From the IMG/VR virus record IMGVR_UViG_3300035128_000113: a stretch of 45,345 bases of DNA; one strand, written 5' to 3'. The translations under genes were made by a program, and so were the position numbers. Position 1 is the stretch's first letter, and every line of letters starts with the position of its first letter. Below are positions 10,451 through 20,070 of this stretch, piece after piece. Origin of the DNA: a virus. Below the pieces are notes generated by a model, which did no database searches, had not been told where the DNA came from, and saw only the letters and a list, made by a program, of their open reading frames with translations.

Positions 10451-11286
10451 GAGACTAAGTCCAAACTCAACTCAAGGTCCACTCCACATTCGCAAGTGAT
10501 CCACTTACCCTGCTTTATGCCTGGGAGCCCGTCGCTCAGTGAATATAGCAACTCTTCACGGTCAGTCTTCTTTAACGCCTGAGCCATGGAACTATCCACC
10601 CTTCCATAAGTACCCACATTCTTGATACAGGAAGCGAGCATACTGTCCAAAGCCTCCGCTTCGTTGGTGATCTTTCCAATCAACTCAGAAGTCTTTCCCG
10701 TAGGAAAGCTTAAAACCCCATCTCGATGATAAATGTACTCACCGTTATCCTTCCTTTCCTTGAACCCTCCTTTTAAATGAAACTCAATCTCTGGTGGCTT
10801 GTCGTCCGGCCACTTATCGACTTGAAGATTCGATAGATACACCTTCTCATAATGCACCTTTTTACAGTGCCTACAGGTCCCAACAAAGGCAGACTCATTT
10901 CGTCCGGACAGCATGAAAATGCGCGTAATCAAGAATACCCGGTCAATCTCCGTCATCGCCCGGGCAAACTCTCGGTTAAACATCTTATCCGGATTCTGCT
11001 TCTGCTTTAACAACCCGGGGACTTCTTGCACCGATCGGCATATCACTAGGGACATCGCCTTCGCCCCGTTGCCTCGCACTTTCGAATCCGCAACAAGTCG
11101 ATCATCGACACCCCCAAGCTCGTCGATAACGACCGTTCGATAAACCTGTCCGTCCTTTCGTATCCCTACTGGGAGCTCCACAGTATCGTCTGGAACAAAC
11201 TCAACTTCTTCACTGTCGTCCACTTCCCAATCGGAAGCCGTCGAATCCAAACTGTCTTGATAGTCGTTGTTGGAAGAGTACTTCAT
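10411..11286 (-). CDS. Tail assembly chaperone (Zn-ribbon-containing)
   Basis: Between tube and tape measure; VELPVG, EL.G.D, DR.FL, CRHC and CECG motifs; ends at a slippery site. Confidence 0.8.
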   Translation of the reverse strand: MKYSSNNDYQDSLDSTASDWEVDDSEEVEFVPDDTVELPVGIRKDGQVYRTVVIDELGGVDDRLVADSKVRGNGAKAMSLVICRSVQEVPGLLKQKQNPDKMFNREFARAMTEIDRVFLITRIFMLSGRNESAFVGTCRHCKKVHYEKVYLSNLQVDKWPDDKPPEIEFHLKGGFKERKDNGEYIYHRDGVLSFPTGKTSELIGKITNEAEALDSMLASCIKNVGTYGRVDSSMAQALKKTDREELLYSLSDGLPGIKQGKWITCECGVDLELSLDLVSFFDGRRRRARKP

Positions 11287-11340
11287 CGTGCTATATCTCC
11301 TACTTGTTGAAACAATAATAACTATTGTAAATTACGCGGC

Positions 11341-11796
11341 CTAGAGACGCTCGCGCTTTATTCCCTCGTTTACCAAAACGAGATTGTCGATCAAGGCATC
11401 ATTCCCCGCACCATCGAGATCTTCCGTCGAGAACTCTTTTGGCCAGGCTCGAAGAATGGTCCACTTGATAACCCGTTCGCCGGCTTTGTTCTTGAGATAG
11501 ACCACCACCGTTCTTCGGAAGTTTTCATCACCTTGCTCACCATCCACCTGGTCTACGTTGAAGATGGTATCACTCCAGTTTTGGAAATCTTCGTCATCCG
11601 AAACCCCGCGGCTCAGGGTGACGTCCGAAAACGTGGTTTGACCCGGAAGCTTGTGAGGAGTTTCATTCTCCCCACCTTCCCTGTACTCGGTATCTTCAGT
11701 GGTCCGACTTAACCCGGAAACTTTAGAAAATCCCGCACGAACAAAACCATCAATCTCAACCTCAAACTTAAAATTTCGATACGGATCTGGCATCAC
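11341..11796 (-). CDS. Tail tube protein, T4 gp19-like
   Basis: DPYRNFKFEVEIDG..AGFSKVSGL, YREGGEN...KLPG, VTLSRG and W....AWP motifs. Confidence 0.95.
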   Translation of the reverse strand: MMPDPYRNFKFEVEIDGFVRAGFSKVSGLSRTTEDTEYREGGENETPHKLPGQTTFSDVTLSRGVSDDEDFQNWSDTIFNVDQVDGEQGDENFRRTVVVYLKNKAGERVIKWTILRAWPKEFSTEDLDGAGNDALIDNLVLVNEGIKRERL

Positions 11797-11822
11797 GCCC
11801 TCCTTGTTTAGCTATCCTATCC

Positions 11823-14291
11823 TCACTCAGAAATGGCCCAACCGCTGTCATACTGAGTGAACTCCCAAATCAGGAACTCACCCGGCTTGTTAGCCGCCAT
11901 GCCAATTCTTCCTTTCACTCTACCTGCATCGATATCCTCTTGAGTCATGACTCCGTTCGCTGTCCCAACATCGATAAAGAACGCCAGCTCCTTAACCCGC
12001 GTGGGGAAGGCCCCGCGAACCAAAAGCGAACTCAAGAAATCATCCCCCCTGTCGGTAAGCTTTGCCCACAACTTGTAATTGTTGTTTCGATGAACAGCCC
12101 ACCGTGTGGAGTCTGCAATCGACTTCTCCACAAACTGGAAAAACCTTCGTACGTTAATGTACAAAAATCGCTTGTTCGGGTCTGTGGACAGCGTTCTGCA
12201 CCCCCAAACCGTAACCGGATTTGTACTCCCGAACTTCCGGATGACATTGATTCCGGCCTCATTCATCCCGCCTGTCTCGGAATCTTTGTACTCCGTCGCG
12301 ACATCTAGAGCATAATTCACCGTACCGTAGTCGCCTTCGCCCGCCGGCGCCTCCCAAGGTCCGCCACCATCTCCCGGCAAAGAATCGACCCGAGCTCGAA
12401 TGCCCATCATCGCTCCAATCCCAGCGATGCTTCGTCGGGGGTTTGACCCAGAACCAACCGGGTCGAATACCTGAATTCCGCCAGCGTACAGACTGGTACA
12501 GTCCGAATTGACACCCAAAGTGTTGTTCCTATAACTGACAGCTGCCGACCCCGAAAGTCCTGCTGAAAGGTAGGTCAAGTACTCCATATAAATCCGACTC
12601 TTCGCGTAAAGAGCCGCCATATGGACCACGATTGGGCTGATATTCCCCACGGTACAGAACGGCATGAACTCATTAACCGTATCCCAAGCGTACAATCCAG
12701 TACCCCCGGACTCGAGTCCCACCCAGTCGAGGTCTATAATCCCCGACGTTTCATCTGCACCCCCGGCTAGGGATACCGCGGCCGTATCTTCCGCTGGGGT
12801 ATCCAAACCAACTCCCGGGGGAACTGCGTTTTGGTCTTCGACGACTACGTACACCGATCCGATGCTTTCATCATTCACGATGGTTTCAACATAGTTGTCC
12901 GCCGTATCGAGCATGGATAAACCTTCCCAACGCTCGACTTCCTGGGTTCCCTCATAAATATAGAGGTCAAACTCATTCGAATGGATGGTGGTGCTTCCAT
13001 CGGTATACCCGTAGGTAAACGCACTGGAAACATCCACGAAATAGCTTATGGTACTTCCACTGATTTCCGTACGCGTACCCGAAACAATTTTCTGCTCCGT
13101 ATGCGTACCATCGGACACCGTAAGAACGGTGTTTTCATTAATCCCACTTATGGACTCAACCTGAATTGCGGTGTCTCCAATGGTAATATTCGCGGCCAAA
13201 TCATGACCGGCACCCCCCGAAGGAACAAGGGGATTCGGAACAGCTTTTGTCTTCAGCAGATCCCCGGACAGCCCCGGAGACAGATACCCGTGATACCCAG
13301 CACTCACCTTTAGCGTCGGGAAGGTCGCCCCATCGTCGGTTCCATTGAGCGTTTCAACCGAAAATCCAAAAGTGGTGTTTGCATCGGTAAACTCAAGGGC
13401 AACAGCCGCCCCGGTATCGACCGAACTTATCGTGAAAGATCCGTCAACATTGACTTGTGCAACACCATAGGTGGTGAACGTCGGAATAGCATCCAACAAA
13501 GCTTTCATCTCAGTAGCTGTCACCGCGGAATCATCAGCTACGTTGCCGGTCCCATCCATACTCGAAGTATCCCAAGTCAAAGTGGAATCGCCCCCAACAA
13601 GGTGGATGGAACTCGACGAACCAAGGGTGTCTGAAATAATGTACGGGGCAGAACCCGGGCCTGCAACACAAGAAGCTCCAATAATCTGAGCATTCACCTG
13701 GTTTATAATCTCTTGGAAGGTAATAGCCGCTCCAGCCAAAGTGATCGTTTGAACCGGCCCGGAATCCACTGAGATATCGAGTGTCCTTCCATCCTGGTCG
13801 GTACCCTCAGAAGACGTACACAGAATAGCGCCGTAAGTAGCCGTGACCTCTGCGGTCAAACTTCCACTACCGCCAACCTCGAATGTGAAGTTAACATCTC
13901 CTCCGGACCGAATATTGAACGGCCCTACTAAGCTGGTTTTCGTAGCCGGCGTTGCTGCCACACCTGCCGTCTGATGCATCCGAAACGATGCTGCCCCAGC
14001 AACGGAAGTCTTGTCACTCAAATCAGCATAATGCGCCTGCCGAACGGTGATCAGCTCGAAACCCCCCTCCTTGAAAAAACTCTCGGCTTCATATGCGGCA
14101 TCACTCCGCTCCTCATATCCGCCGAAAATCTTTTTCCAAGCTTCAAAGTTTCGTGTACGAATCGGGACTCCCACCGGTCCCTTATACGTGATCGCCTGCA
14201 TTCCGCCTCGACCCGTCTGGGCAGATCGAACCGGACCCTCTGCGCTGCTTAACTCCTCGACGTAAACATCAGGCCTCGTGTAATATCCCAT
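11823..14291 (-). CDS. Contractile tail sheath protein with large inserted domains
   Basis: Y.RPDVYVEE start, KGPVG.P, G.W.APAG, GINVIR, VWGCRTLS and YINVRR motifs. Confidence 0.95.
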   Translation of the reverse strand: MGYYTRPDVYVEELSSAEGPVRSAQTGRGGMQAITYKGPVGVPIRTRNFEAWKKIFGGYEERSDAAYEAESFFKEGGFELITVRQAHYADLSDKTSVAGAASFRMHQTAGVAATPATKTSLVGPFNIRSGGDVNFTFEVGGSGSLTAEVTATYGAILCTSSEGTDQDGRTLDISVDSGPVQTITLAGAAITFQEIINQVNAQIIGASCVAGPGSAPYIISDTLGSSSSIHLVGGDSTLTWDTSSMDGTGNVADDSAVTATEMKALLDAIPTFTTYGVAQVNVDGSFTISSVDTGAAVALEFTDANTTFGFSVETLNGTDDGATFPTLKVSAGYHGYLSPGLSGDLLKTKAVPNPLVPSGGAGHDLAANITIGDTAIQVESISGINENTVLTVSDGTHTEQKIVSGTRTEISGSTISYFVDVSSAFTYGYTDGSTTIHSNEFDLYIYEGTQEVERWEGLSMLDTADNYVETIVNDESIGSVYVVVEDQNAVPPGVGLDTPAEDTAAVSLAGGADETSGIIDLDWVGLESGGTGLYAWDTVNEFMPFCTVGNISPIVVHMAALYAKSRIYMEYLTYLSAGLSGSAAVSYRNNTLGVNSDCTSLYAGGIQVFDPVGSGSNPRRSIAGIGAMMGIRARVDSLPGDGGGPWEAPAGEGDYGTVNYALDVATEYKDSETGGMNEAGINVIRKFGSTNPVTVWGCRTLSTDPNKRFLYINVRRFFQFVEKSIADSTRWAVHRNNNYKLWAKLTDRGDDFLSSLLVRGAFPTRVKELAFFIDVGTANGVMTQEDIDAGRVKGRIGMAANKPGEFLIWEFTQYDSGWAISE

Positions 14292-14351
14292 TGCTTTCTC
14301 CTCAACTCATTCCCTCCCACGTGACTGATGATACTTAAAGGGAGGCTTGTT

Positions 14352-15059
14352 TTAAAGCCGTTCTAAACTATCTACCGTTACGACCATATCGACATCCGTA
14401 ACGTCTTCTGAACTTTCAACTCCAACCAACATCCCCTTAGACCCCAATACCATTCCCCTCGACTGCACTTCCCAATGAACCTCTTCTACAACCTTTTCCC
14501 TTACAACATCATCGTACTCAACTTCAGCCAAGTACACAAGCGTTTCTACCGTAATGCTCTTATGATAAACATAGGTATCGATATCTTCATAGTCATGAGT
14601 TGCTAAACTCCCATTAACCTTGAACAACCACAAATCAACCGGTTCGCTATCCAAATTCAAAACAGAAATGTGCCCTCGACTAGGGGTGCGTCGCCTAAGC
14701 ATTTCATGATAAAGCACCTGGTCTTCTGCGGCCCGGTCTTTATGCCAAGTATCTATAGAGTACCTCAAACGTATCGGATCGGAGGTCTCCCGCATAACCC
14801 GCTCAGGAGGAAACACGGAATCATCATAATCAACTTCCTCGGTATCTTTATCCGAAGACTCCCTCAAATCAGAAGCTTCATCTTCCCCTAGATACCTGAT
14901 TGAAACCGAAGGAAAAACTCTGTCCGTTATCAGCTCATCAGAAGGCGCTTCCAAAAACACCGGTACCCCAGTAGCTACCCCAAGAACATCCATCGTAAAC
15001 CCGGAATACCGACCTACCAGTGCTATCTCAAACGCTGCCTGACTAACCGACAAACTCAT
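14352..15059 (-). CDS. Putative tail terminator / sheath stabiliser
   Basis: Acidic protein directly upstream of sheath; FPSVSI and P.L.YSIDTW motifs; assignment largely by synteny. Confidence 0.6.
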   Translation of the reverse strand: MSLSVSQAAFEIALVGRYSGFTMDVLGVATGVPVFLEAPSDELITDRVFPSVSIRYLGEDEASDLRESSDKDTEEVDYDDSVFPPERVMRETSDPIRLRYSIDTWHKDRAAEDQVLYHEMLRRRTPSRGHISVLNLDSEPVDLWLFKVNGSLATHDYEDIDTYVYHKSITVETLVYLAEVEYDDVVREKVVEEVHWEVQSRGMVLGSKGMLVGVESSEDVTDVDMVVTVDSLERL

Positions 15060-15533
15060 CTATTCCATCCCTGTCAAGACATACGAACCAACAGACTTTA
15101 CTAGCTTACTCGAAGTGCGCATGCTTTCAACTTCAGAAAATACAGGACGCCACAAAGGGCGAGATATCATCTTCTTCGTACCGTACTCCAAATAATGCGC
15201 CAAGGTCTTCATATCCAACCCAGAATAATGCTCCCCTTCCGGGGACACCACAACCTCCGCTCCGATATCCGTTTTCGTAACATCCACCGTGATAGACTTC
15301 AGATAATCCCCCCGACTCACATAAATTTTATCAAACCCCTTCCTCCTAATACTCGCCGAAACTAGAGGTCCCCAGTCCAAATCCTGCTTTCGTATGTGCC
15401 CCCTTATGGACCTTCGTATCTCCTTCCCCAACGCCTCCAGCTTTTTTGAAGCCACAGTAATCGTTTTAGAGGACTTCCCCCTACGAACCATAGCCGAAAG
15501 CTGCATCCAATCTCCATAAAACGGGTCTGTCAT
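15060..15533 (-). CDS. Neck/tail-completion protein (HK97 gp10-like)
   Basis: A.YLEYGTKKM.SRPLWRP motif. Confidence 0.75.
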   Translation of the reverse strand: MTDPFYGDWMQLSAMVRRGKSSKTITVASKKLEALGKEIRRSIRGHIRKQDLDWGPLVSASIRRKGFDKIYVSRGDYLKSITVDVTKTDIGAEVVVSPEGEHYSGLDMKTLAHYLEYGTKKMISRPLWRPVFSEVESMRTSSKLVKSVGSYVLTGME

Positions 15534-15952
15534 GGAACTCGTTCTCCTTCCGGGGTGTTCCCCAAAGCTATTACAAGTGAAAACGTTCGCCCTACTTGCC
15601 CCGTAGGCTGAACTTTTTCAAGCTTATAATCATTGCCGTTCCACACAATCCGGTCGTATGTGGTTATCCACTTCCCCTCGGCCAACCCCGGAAACTTCCG
15701 CAACATTTCTAACCTACTAAACAGAAATGCGGCTCCGTATCTCTCGGCATCCCCAATAAACGATATTTGCTCCTTGGTGGGGTGGTGTATCGCCCGCCCA
15801 ACAACTTCTAATCCAGTGTCATAAACAGGAATAGCTTGACCAAATCTGTCCGGAACTCCGGAGGATACATACTTCCTAACCAAAATTGTGGATGTTCGGT
15901 ATCTTCTAATAACCACATCCGCTGACCGTTGGGCAAGGGACTCGGTTACCAT
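15530..15952 (-). CDS. Putative head-closure (stopper) protein
   Basis: DRIVWNG..Y motif, size and synteny after the adaptor. Confidence 0.6.
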   Translation of the reverse strand: MVTESLAQRSADVVIRRYRTSTILVRKYVSSGVPDRFGQAIPVYDTGLEVVGRAIHHPTKEQISFIGDAERYGAAFLFSRLEMLRKFPGLAEGKWITTYDRIVWNGNDYKLEKVQPTGQVGRTFSLVIALGNTPEGERVP

Positions 15953-16731
15953 CAGACTACCTCTATGGTTACACTATTACTCGGAGTTTTTATTAGATTT
16001 GGATTAACCGTATACACCCGATAGTGGTACGTTCCTGGCTGAAGCCCTGTATCAAGATACTCAACTTCATGGTTATCGCAGATTACAGAAATGCGCTGCT
16101 TATCACTGAAAGTAATCGTAGTGGCACGGTACACCTCATACTGCTGAAACAAATCGCTGTACAGCTTCCCCCAAGTAAGTGCCACAGTATTACTCTCAAC
16201 CACAGCAGACAACGCTACCGCCGGAAGCCCCATATCCAGCTTTCTACTTGCAAGCCCCCCTGTCTTCATCGACTTACGATTAACCGTATCAACTACGATT
16301 TCGGCGACAAAAGCTGAACCCCCGGAATTTCGCAACTCATCGTCGTACTCAGCTTGTAAATCTGCGGCAATCCGAAGCCATCTAGAAGCGGTGTCCTCAC
16401 TGGATTCCCCGCGTTTCATCACCATCAAATCGGGGGTTTGAACCGAAGTGACCGGTCCGAAATCATCGTCTGAATCTGGGTCTAAATCAGACTGCTGTAC
16501 TGACTGCGACCGAGTATAGCACATCTCGATGGTGGCGAGCTTAATCAGGAGGAACTCCCGATCATAGGGAACGTCGGCTATGGTGAGATACTCTTCGTGG
16601 AAATCGTGACTTAGCTTACTTAGAGCAAAGGAAATCGCAGCTTCGTAATAGCTTATGTCAAACTTTCTTGGCTGTGCATAGTCCGAGACCTTAACCCGGA
16701 TTGCATCGACAACTTGCTCAAGTGTGGCCAC
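15952..16731 (-). CDS. Putative head-tail adaptor with C-terminal fibronectin type III domain
   Basis: Helical adaptor-like N-terminus; V.LTW...Y.VYR...YLDTGLQPGTYHYRVYTV...SNSV Fn3 signature. Confidence 0.7.
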   Translation of the reverse strand: MATLEQVVDAIRVKVSDYAQPRKFDISYYEAAISFALSKLSHDFHEEYLTIADVPYDREFLLIKLATIEMCYTRSQSVQQSDLDPDSDDDFGPVTSVQTPDLMVMKRGESSEDTASRWLRIAADLQAEYDDELRNSGGSAFVAEIVVDTVNRKSMKTGGLASRKLDMGLPAVALSAVVESNTVALTWGKLYSDLFQQYEVYRATTITFSDKQRISVICDNHEVEYLDTGLQPGTYHYRVYTVNPNLIKTPSNSVTIEVV

Positions 16732-16735
16732 ACAA

Positions 16736-17035
16736 TTACCTCACTAGTCCTTGACGCCGAAGACTCTCAATAACCTCTTTTCGAGCACGGACTTCTTTTC
16801 CTGCTTCTAAAGTGATCCACCCGCCAACGAACCTCGAAGCGTCCTGCAAAGCTACTGCTTTAAACAAAACATCTTCCGCCGGTACCGCATGGCGAATATC
16901 CTTCGCCTTGTTCACGGAAAACGCAACTATCGGCTTCGACTCCTTAACCTCAGGAACATTCTCCTTCGGCTTAGCTTCTACGGCACTCTGACTCGGAACT
17001 ACATATTCCTTAGAAACCTTTTTCGTCTTTGCCAT
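16736..17035 (-). CDS. Small hypothetical head-module protein
   Basis: GAGGAGG RBS; directly after the major capsid gene. Confidence 0.7.
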   Translation of the reverse strand: MAKTKKVSKEYVVPSQSAVEAKPKENVPEVKESKPIVAFSVNKAKDIRHAVPAEDVLFKAVALQDASRFVGGWITLEAGKEVRARKEVIESLRRQGLVR

Positions 17036-17049
17036 TTGCCCTCCTCGGA

Positions 17050-18012
17050 CTACACGCTCAACATACGGACGACAAACTTGTCATCCAAAATCCCGGAACC
17101 CATAATCGCGTACCAGGCCAATCCGTGCTTTCTTCCGTAATCCTTGACCTCACTTTGACGAACCTCTGCCGGGAGTGCCGTGGCTTTACCGTAAGCACTG
17201 TCTCCCAATAGGAAACCCTCATAAACATGCGCCGGGACTCCACCACCAACCGCTGCGTTCACGAAAGTGGCCTCGTATCCGGGATCTACCGAAGCTCCAG
17301 CACCCGAACGACAATGCGTGGTTGAAATGAAGATAACATCCTCCCAGCGGCCGATCTCGCCGGTGAACAGTGCTCGAGTGCCCGCATAATTCTGCGCTCC
17401 AATCCAATCGGGATCACGCTTAATCGATGCGGCTTGGTGAGGGGTGATGAAACACACGTAGAAATCACCCATGAACTTGGGAGCATTGCCCGTTTGGAGA
17501 ATCTCCACACCCTGTCGAATCATTTCGACATCGAAATAATCCGTCCCACCAACCATCGCGGCCATGGAGGTATGGTCACCCGCATACAGGGCCTGGGTTG
17601 CTGCGGTCAATGCATCGCGGTGCATGAGATCATGAACCACGGCATAGTCCCGACCCAACTGAACCCCTGCCTCGGACATTTGGTCGTCTGCCGAAAGCTG
17701 AAGCAGTTTTTCGGTAACGCCAATCGCGTTGCCCCACTCAGTGACCGTGATAGCCTGCTGGCTTGCAGACATCGACTTCTCAACCATCTCGACATGCTCG
17801 TCCAAACGTCCGCCCCGGGGGATGTTGTTGTACCGAGTCATGGTGATGGTCTCACCCGGCTGCTTCATGAGCTCTGTCTTTTTGACCGCAAAGACATCAA
17901 ACTTCATGATGCCTAGAGCCTCATGAAGCATGTCCATGGAAAAGACATCCAACACTGCTTGAGGAAGAGCCTTAACATCCCCCGCCGTCTGTACACCGGA
18001 ATAACTTGCCAT
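17050..18012 (-). CDS. Major capsid protein (N4-gp56 family, HK97 fold)
   Basis: PGETI...RY, TEWGN, Y.CFI.PHQ, GEIG.WE.V.FI.T and DYGR..GLAWY motifs; follows scaffold. Confidence 0.92.
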   Translation of the reverse strand: MASYSGVQTAGDVKALPQAVLDVFSMDMLHEALGIMKFDVFAVKKTELMKQPGETITMTRYNNIPRGGRLDEHVEMVEKSMSASQQAITVTEWGNAIGVTEKLLQLSADDQMSEAGVQLGRDYAVVHDLMHRDALTAATQALYAGDHTSMAAMVGGTDYFDVEMIRQGVEILQTGNAPKFMGDFYVCFITPHQAASIKRDPDWIGAQNYAGTRALFTGEIGRWEDVIFISTTHCRSGAGASVDPGYEATFVNAAVGGGVPAHVYEGFLLGDSAYGKATALPAEVRQSEVKDYGRKHGLAWYAIMGSGILDDKFVVRMLSV

Positions 18013-18040
18013 ATCTGATTCTCCTTAGCTATGCCGGTAG

Positions 18041-18844
18041 TTAAATTCCGGCTTTTCTCCTAGCTTCTTGGAGTATCTCCGACCGGATTTTCAGAAACTG
18101 GTCTTTGGGAAGAGCCGCAATCTGCTCAAACGACTTGTGGCCAGTAGGCAAATCATTGCCATTGCCCAACGATGCGTTTGGAGACATCGGCTTTGGAAGG
18201 CCTTCAACCATGGTAGAAGAAAGTTTTTCTTTCGCACGAACTTCAGCATCCTTTACGGCTTCTTGAATAAGAGCTTGCTCTCTCTTCAAAGCTTCTTCAG
18301 CTGACTTCTCCAACTCTTCAACAGTTTCCCCATAAACCAATTCTGGAAACTTAAGTCCATGCTTTAAAATCAATCTCTCCTTAGCCCCCTGTAGCTCAAC
18401 AGCCTGAATCTGCTTCGCCGACAAGGTTGCCAACTCTTCCATACCCAATTCCAGCTTCCTCTTTTCTTCTCGGAGCTTCTCCAACTCTTCGGAAACTTCG
18501 CCCTTTGCTTTTGACTTAGTTTCCTTGAGAGTATCCATTTTACTCTTTGCTTCCTCTAGCTTAGCCTCAAACTGCTTGAGACTCTCCGCTTGGCTTTTGA
18601 TTAACTTCGCAGTTTCCTCAAGCTTTCCTTGATGCTTAGCCTTCTCGTCTTTCCTAACTTTATTCAAAAGCTCATTCAACTGTGCTGCCGAATAAAGGGG
18701 TCCTACATTCTCCTCTTCAACCTTCTTTTCTGTTTTCTGTGATGCCTCCGAAGGAGCTCCGCCGCCCTCTGCCGGAGGGGTAACCCCTCCCTGAGCTTTA
18801 CCCTCGGAAACTGTGTCTTGATTATTTTCGTTTTCTACACCCAT
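18041..18844 (-). CDS. Capsid scaffolding protein
   Basis: Glu/Lys-rich coiled coil upstream of capsid; ELV.GETVEEL motif. Confidence 0.8.
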   Translation of the reverse strand: MGVENENNQDTVSEGKAQGGVTPPAEGGGAPSEASQKTEKKVEEENVGPLYSAAQLNELLNKVRKDEKAKHQGKLEETAKLIKSQAESLKQFEAKLEEAKSKMDTLKETKSKAKGEVSEELEKLREEKRKLELGMEELATLSAKQIQAVELQGAKERLILKHGLKFPELVYGETVEELEKSAEEALKREQALIQEAVKDAEVRAKEKLSSTMVEGLPKPMSPNASLGNGNDLPTGHKSFEQIAALPKDQFLKIRSEILQEARRKAGI

Positions 18845-18884
18845 AATTTACTCCTATAATGAATCCATAAACTTACCGAAGTTT

Positions 18885-19076
18885 TTACGCGTACCTCGGG
18901 TCACTCGCCTTTCGGGCATTTCCGTCAACGGTATTCGAGTTGGGTGCCCCCGAAGGACTCCCAACTCGATTAGTCTTTCTACCTCCCTTGGTGAAAGGGA
19001 AGGTCATGGACGACCCCCGATTGGTATCGGTTTTGCTCTGGTCACCACCGGTAACTTTCCCAGCACTATTCGCCAT
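18885..19076 (-). CDS. Small Gly/Ser/Asn-rich hypothetical protein
   Basis: AAGGAGG RBS; first gene after a predicted promoter. Confidence 0.6.
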   Translation of the reverse strand: MANSAGKVTGGDQSKTDTNRGSSMTFPFTKGGRKTNRVGSPSGAPNSNTVDGNARKASDPRYA

Positions 19077-19152
19077 TTTCGGCCTCCTTTAGGTAACTAC
19101 TTGACTCCCCAACAAAATTAACCGTTAAACAGTCTTAACGACCAACACAATA

Positions 19153-19181
19153 ATTCTATAGTCTAATGAACCTGATTTCAA
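19153..19181 (-). promoter_or_regulatory. Sigma70-type promoter for the scaffold/capsid/tail operon
   Basis: TTGAAA-17 nt-TAGAAT in the intergenic gap. Confidence 0.6.
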
Positions 19182-19195
19182 CTTAAATTTTCCGA

Positions 19196-20065
19196 TTAAA
19201 TCCAAGGCTCCATATGACATTTACAATATGGATGAGGGTATTCCGGCCAGGCATCTAGGCGATAAAGCCCTTCAAGGATAAGCGGGCCGTGCTCTTCCCT
19301 CTTTATTGAAGTTGCTAACCCCTCCCCAGTCCCCGCCGCCAATACTTCGCAGATTTCTGAACCTCCCTCCCACTTATGCTCGGGACTCAACCTCCAATAA
19401 CCATACTCAACGTTATGCGCCATTAAAATACGCCGTTCTATCTCATGAGAAATTCTGGCCTCCTCTGCAACCATAACCCTAGAGACCTGCTTGGCAACAC
19501 TCCCGCCTGAAACGCGTACCTTCACCCCGGGAGTATTGCTCGTAAGCCGTAATTTTGCCTCTTTCGCTATACGAGCTAACGCATCTCCTGACTTATAGGA
19601 AGCTCGTAACGACCCCAGAAGTTCTCTTTCATGTCGCATTCTTATCATTTTCAGCCGGTCACGATAGCTTAATCCAGAACCCTTCGGGAAATCTTCGTTC
19701 AAAATCTTCGACGCTTCATTATGAATAGCATTTATTTCGGCACTCTTTAAAAAGGGAACATTCGCAGCCTTCAAAAACCTTTTTTGATACTTAACTGCTC
19801 TAGCAGCTGCTCTTTCCACCGCTGACTGTATTTCTAAATCAACCTCGTTAAATATTTTACCCATGTCCTTTCGGATTGCCGCAGAAAGCCTGTCAGCGTT
19901 TCGCTTAAGCATCCATTCCCCCGAGACATTGAACCTCGACTTGTCCAACCTTCCCTGAATCTTTCTATTCATCTTTTGAAAAGGTGTCCGGACATATCTG
20001 GACTCTCGAACCCAAGATCGAAACAATACGTCTACAACCTCTCCAAGTATTTTATCAGCTGGCAT
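19196..20065 (-). CDS. Minor head protein (MuF/SPP1 gp7-like)
   Basis: Basic protein after portal; W.LS..H, IC..LA and C-terminal PHPYCKC motif. Confidence 0.8.
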   Translation of the reverse strand: MPADKILGEVVDVLFRSWVRESRYVRTPFQKMNRKIQGRLDKSRFNVSGEWMLKRNADRLSAAIRKDMGKIFNEVDLEIQSAVERAAARAVKYQKRFLKAANVPFLKSAEINAIHNEASKILNEDFPKGSGLSYRDRLKMIRMRHERELLGSLRASYKSGDALARIAKEAKLRLTSNTPGVKVRVSGGSVAKQVSRVMVAEEARISHEIERRILMAHNVEYGYWRLSPEHKWEGGSEICEVLAAGTGEGLATSIKREEHGPLILEGLYRLDAWPEYPHPYCKCHMEPWI

Positions 20066-20070
20066 TCAAA

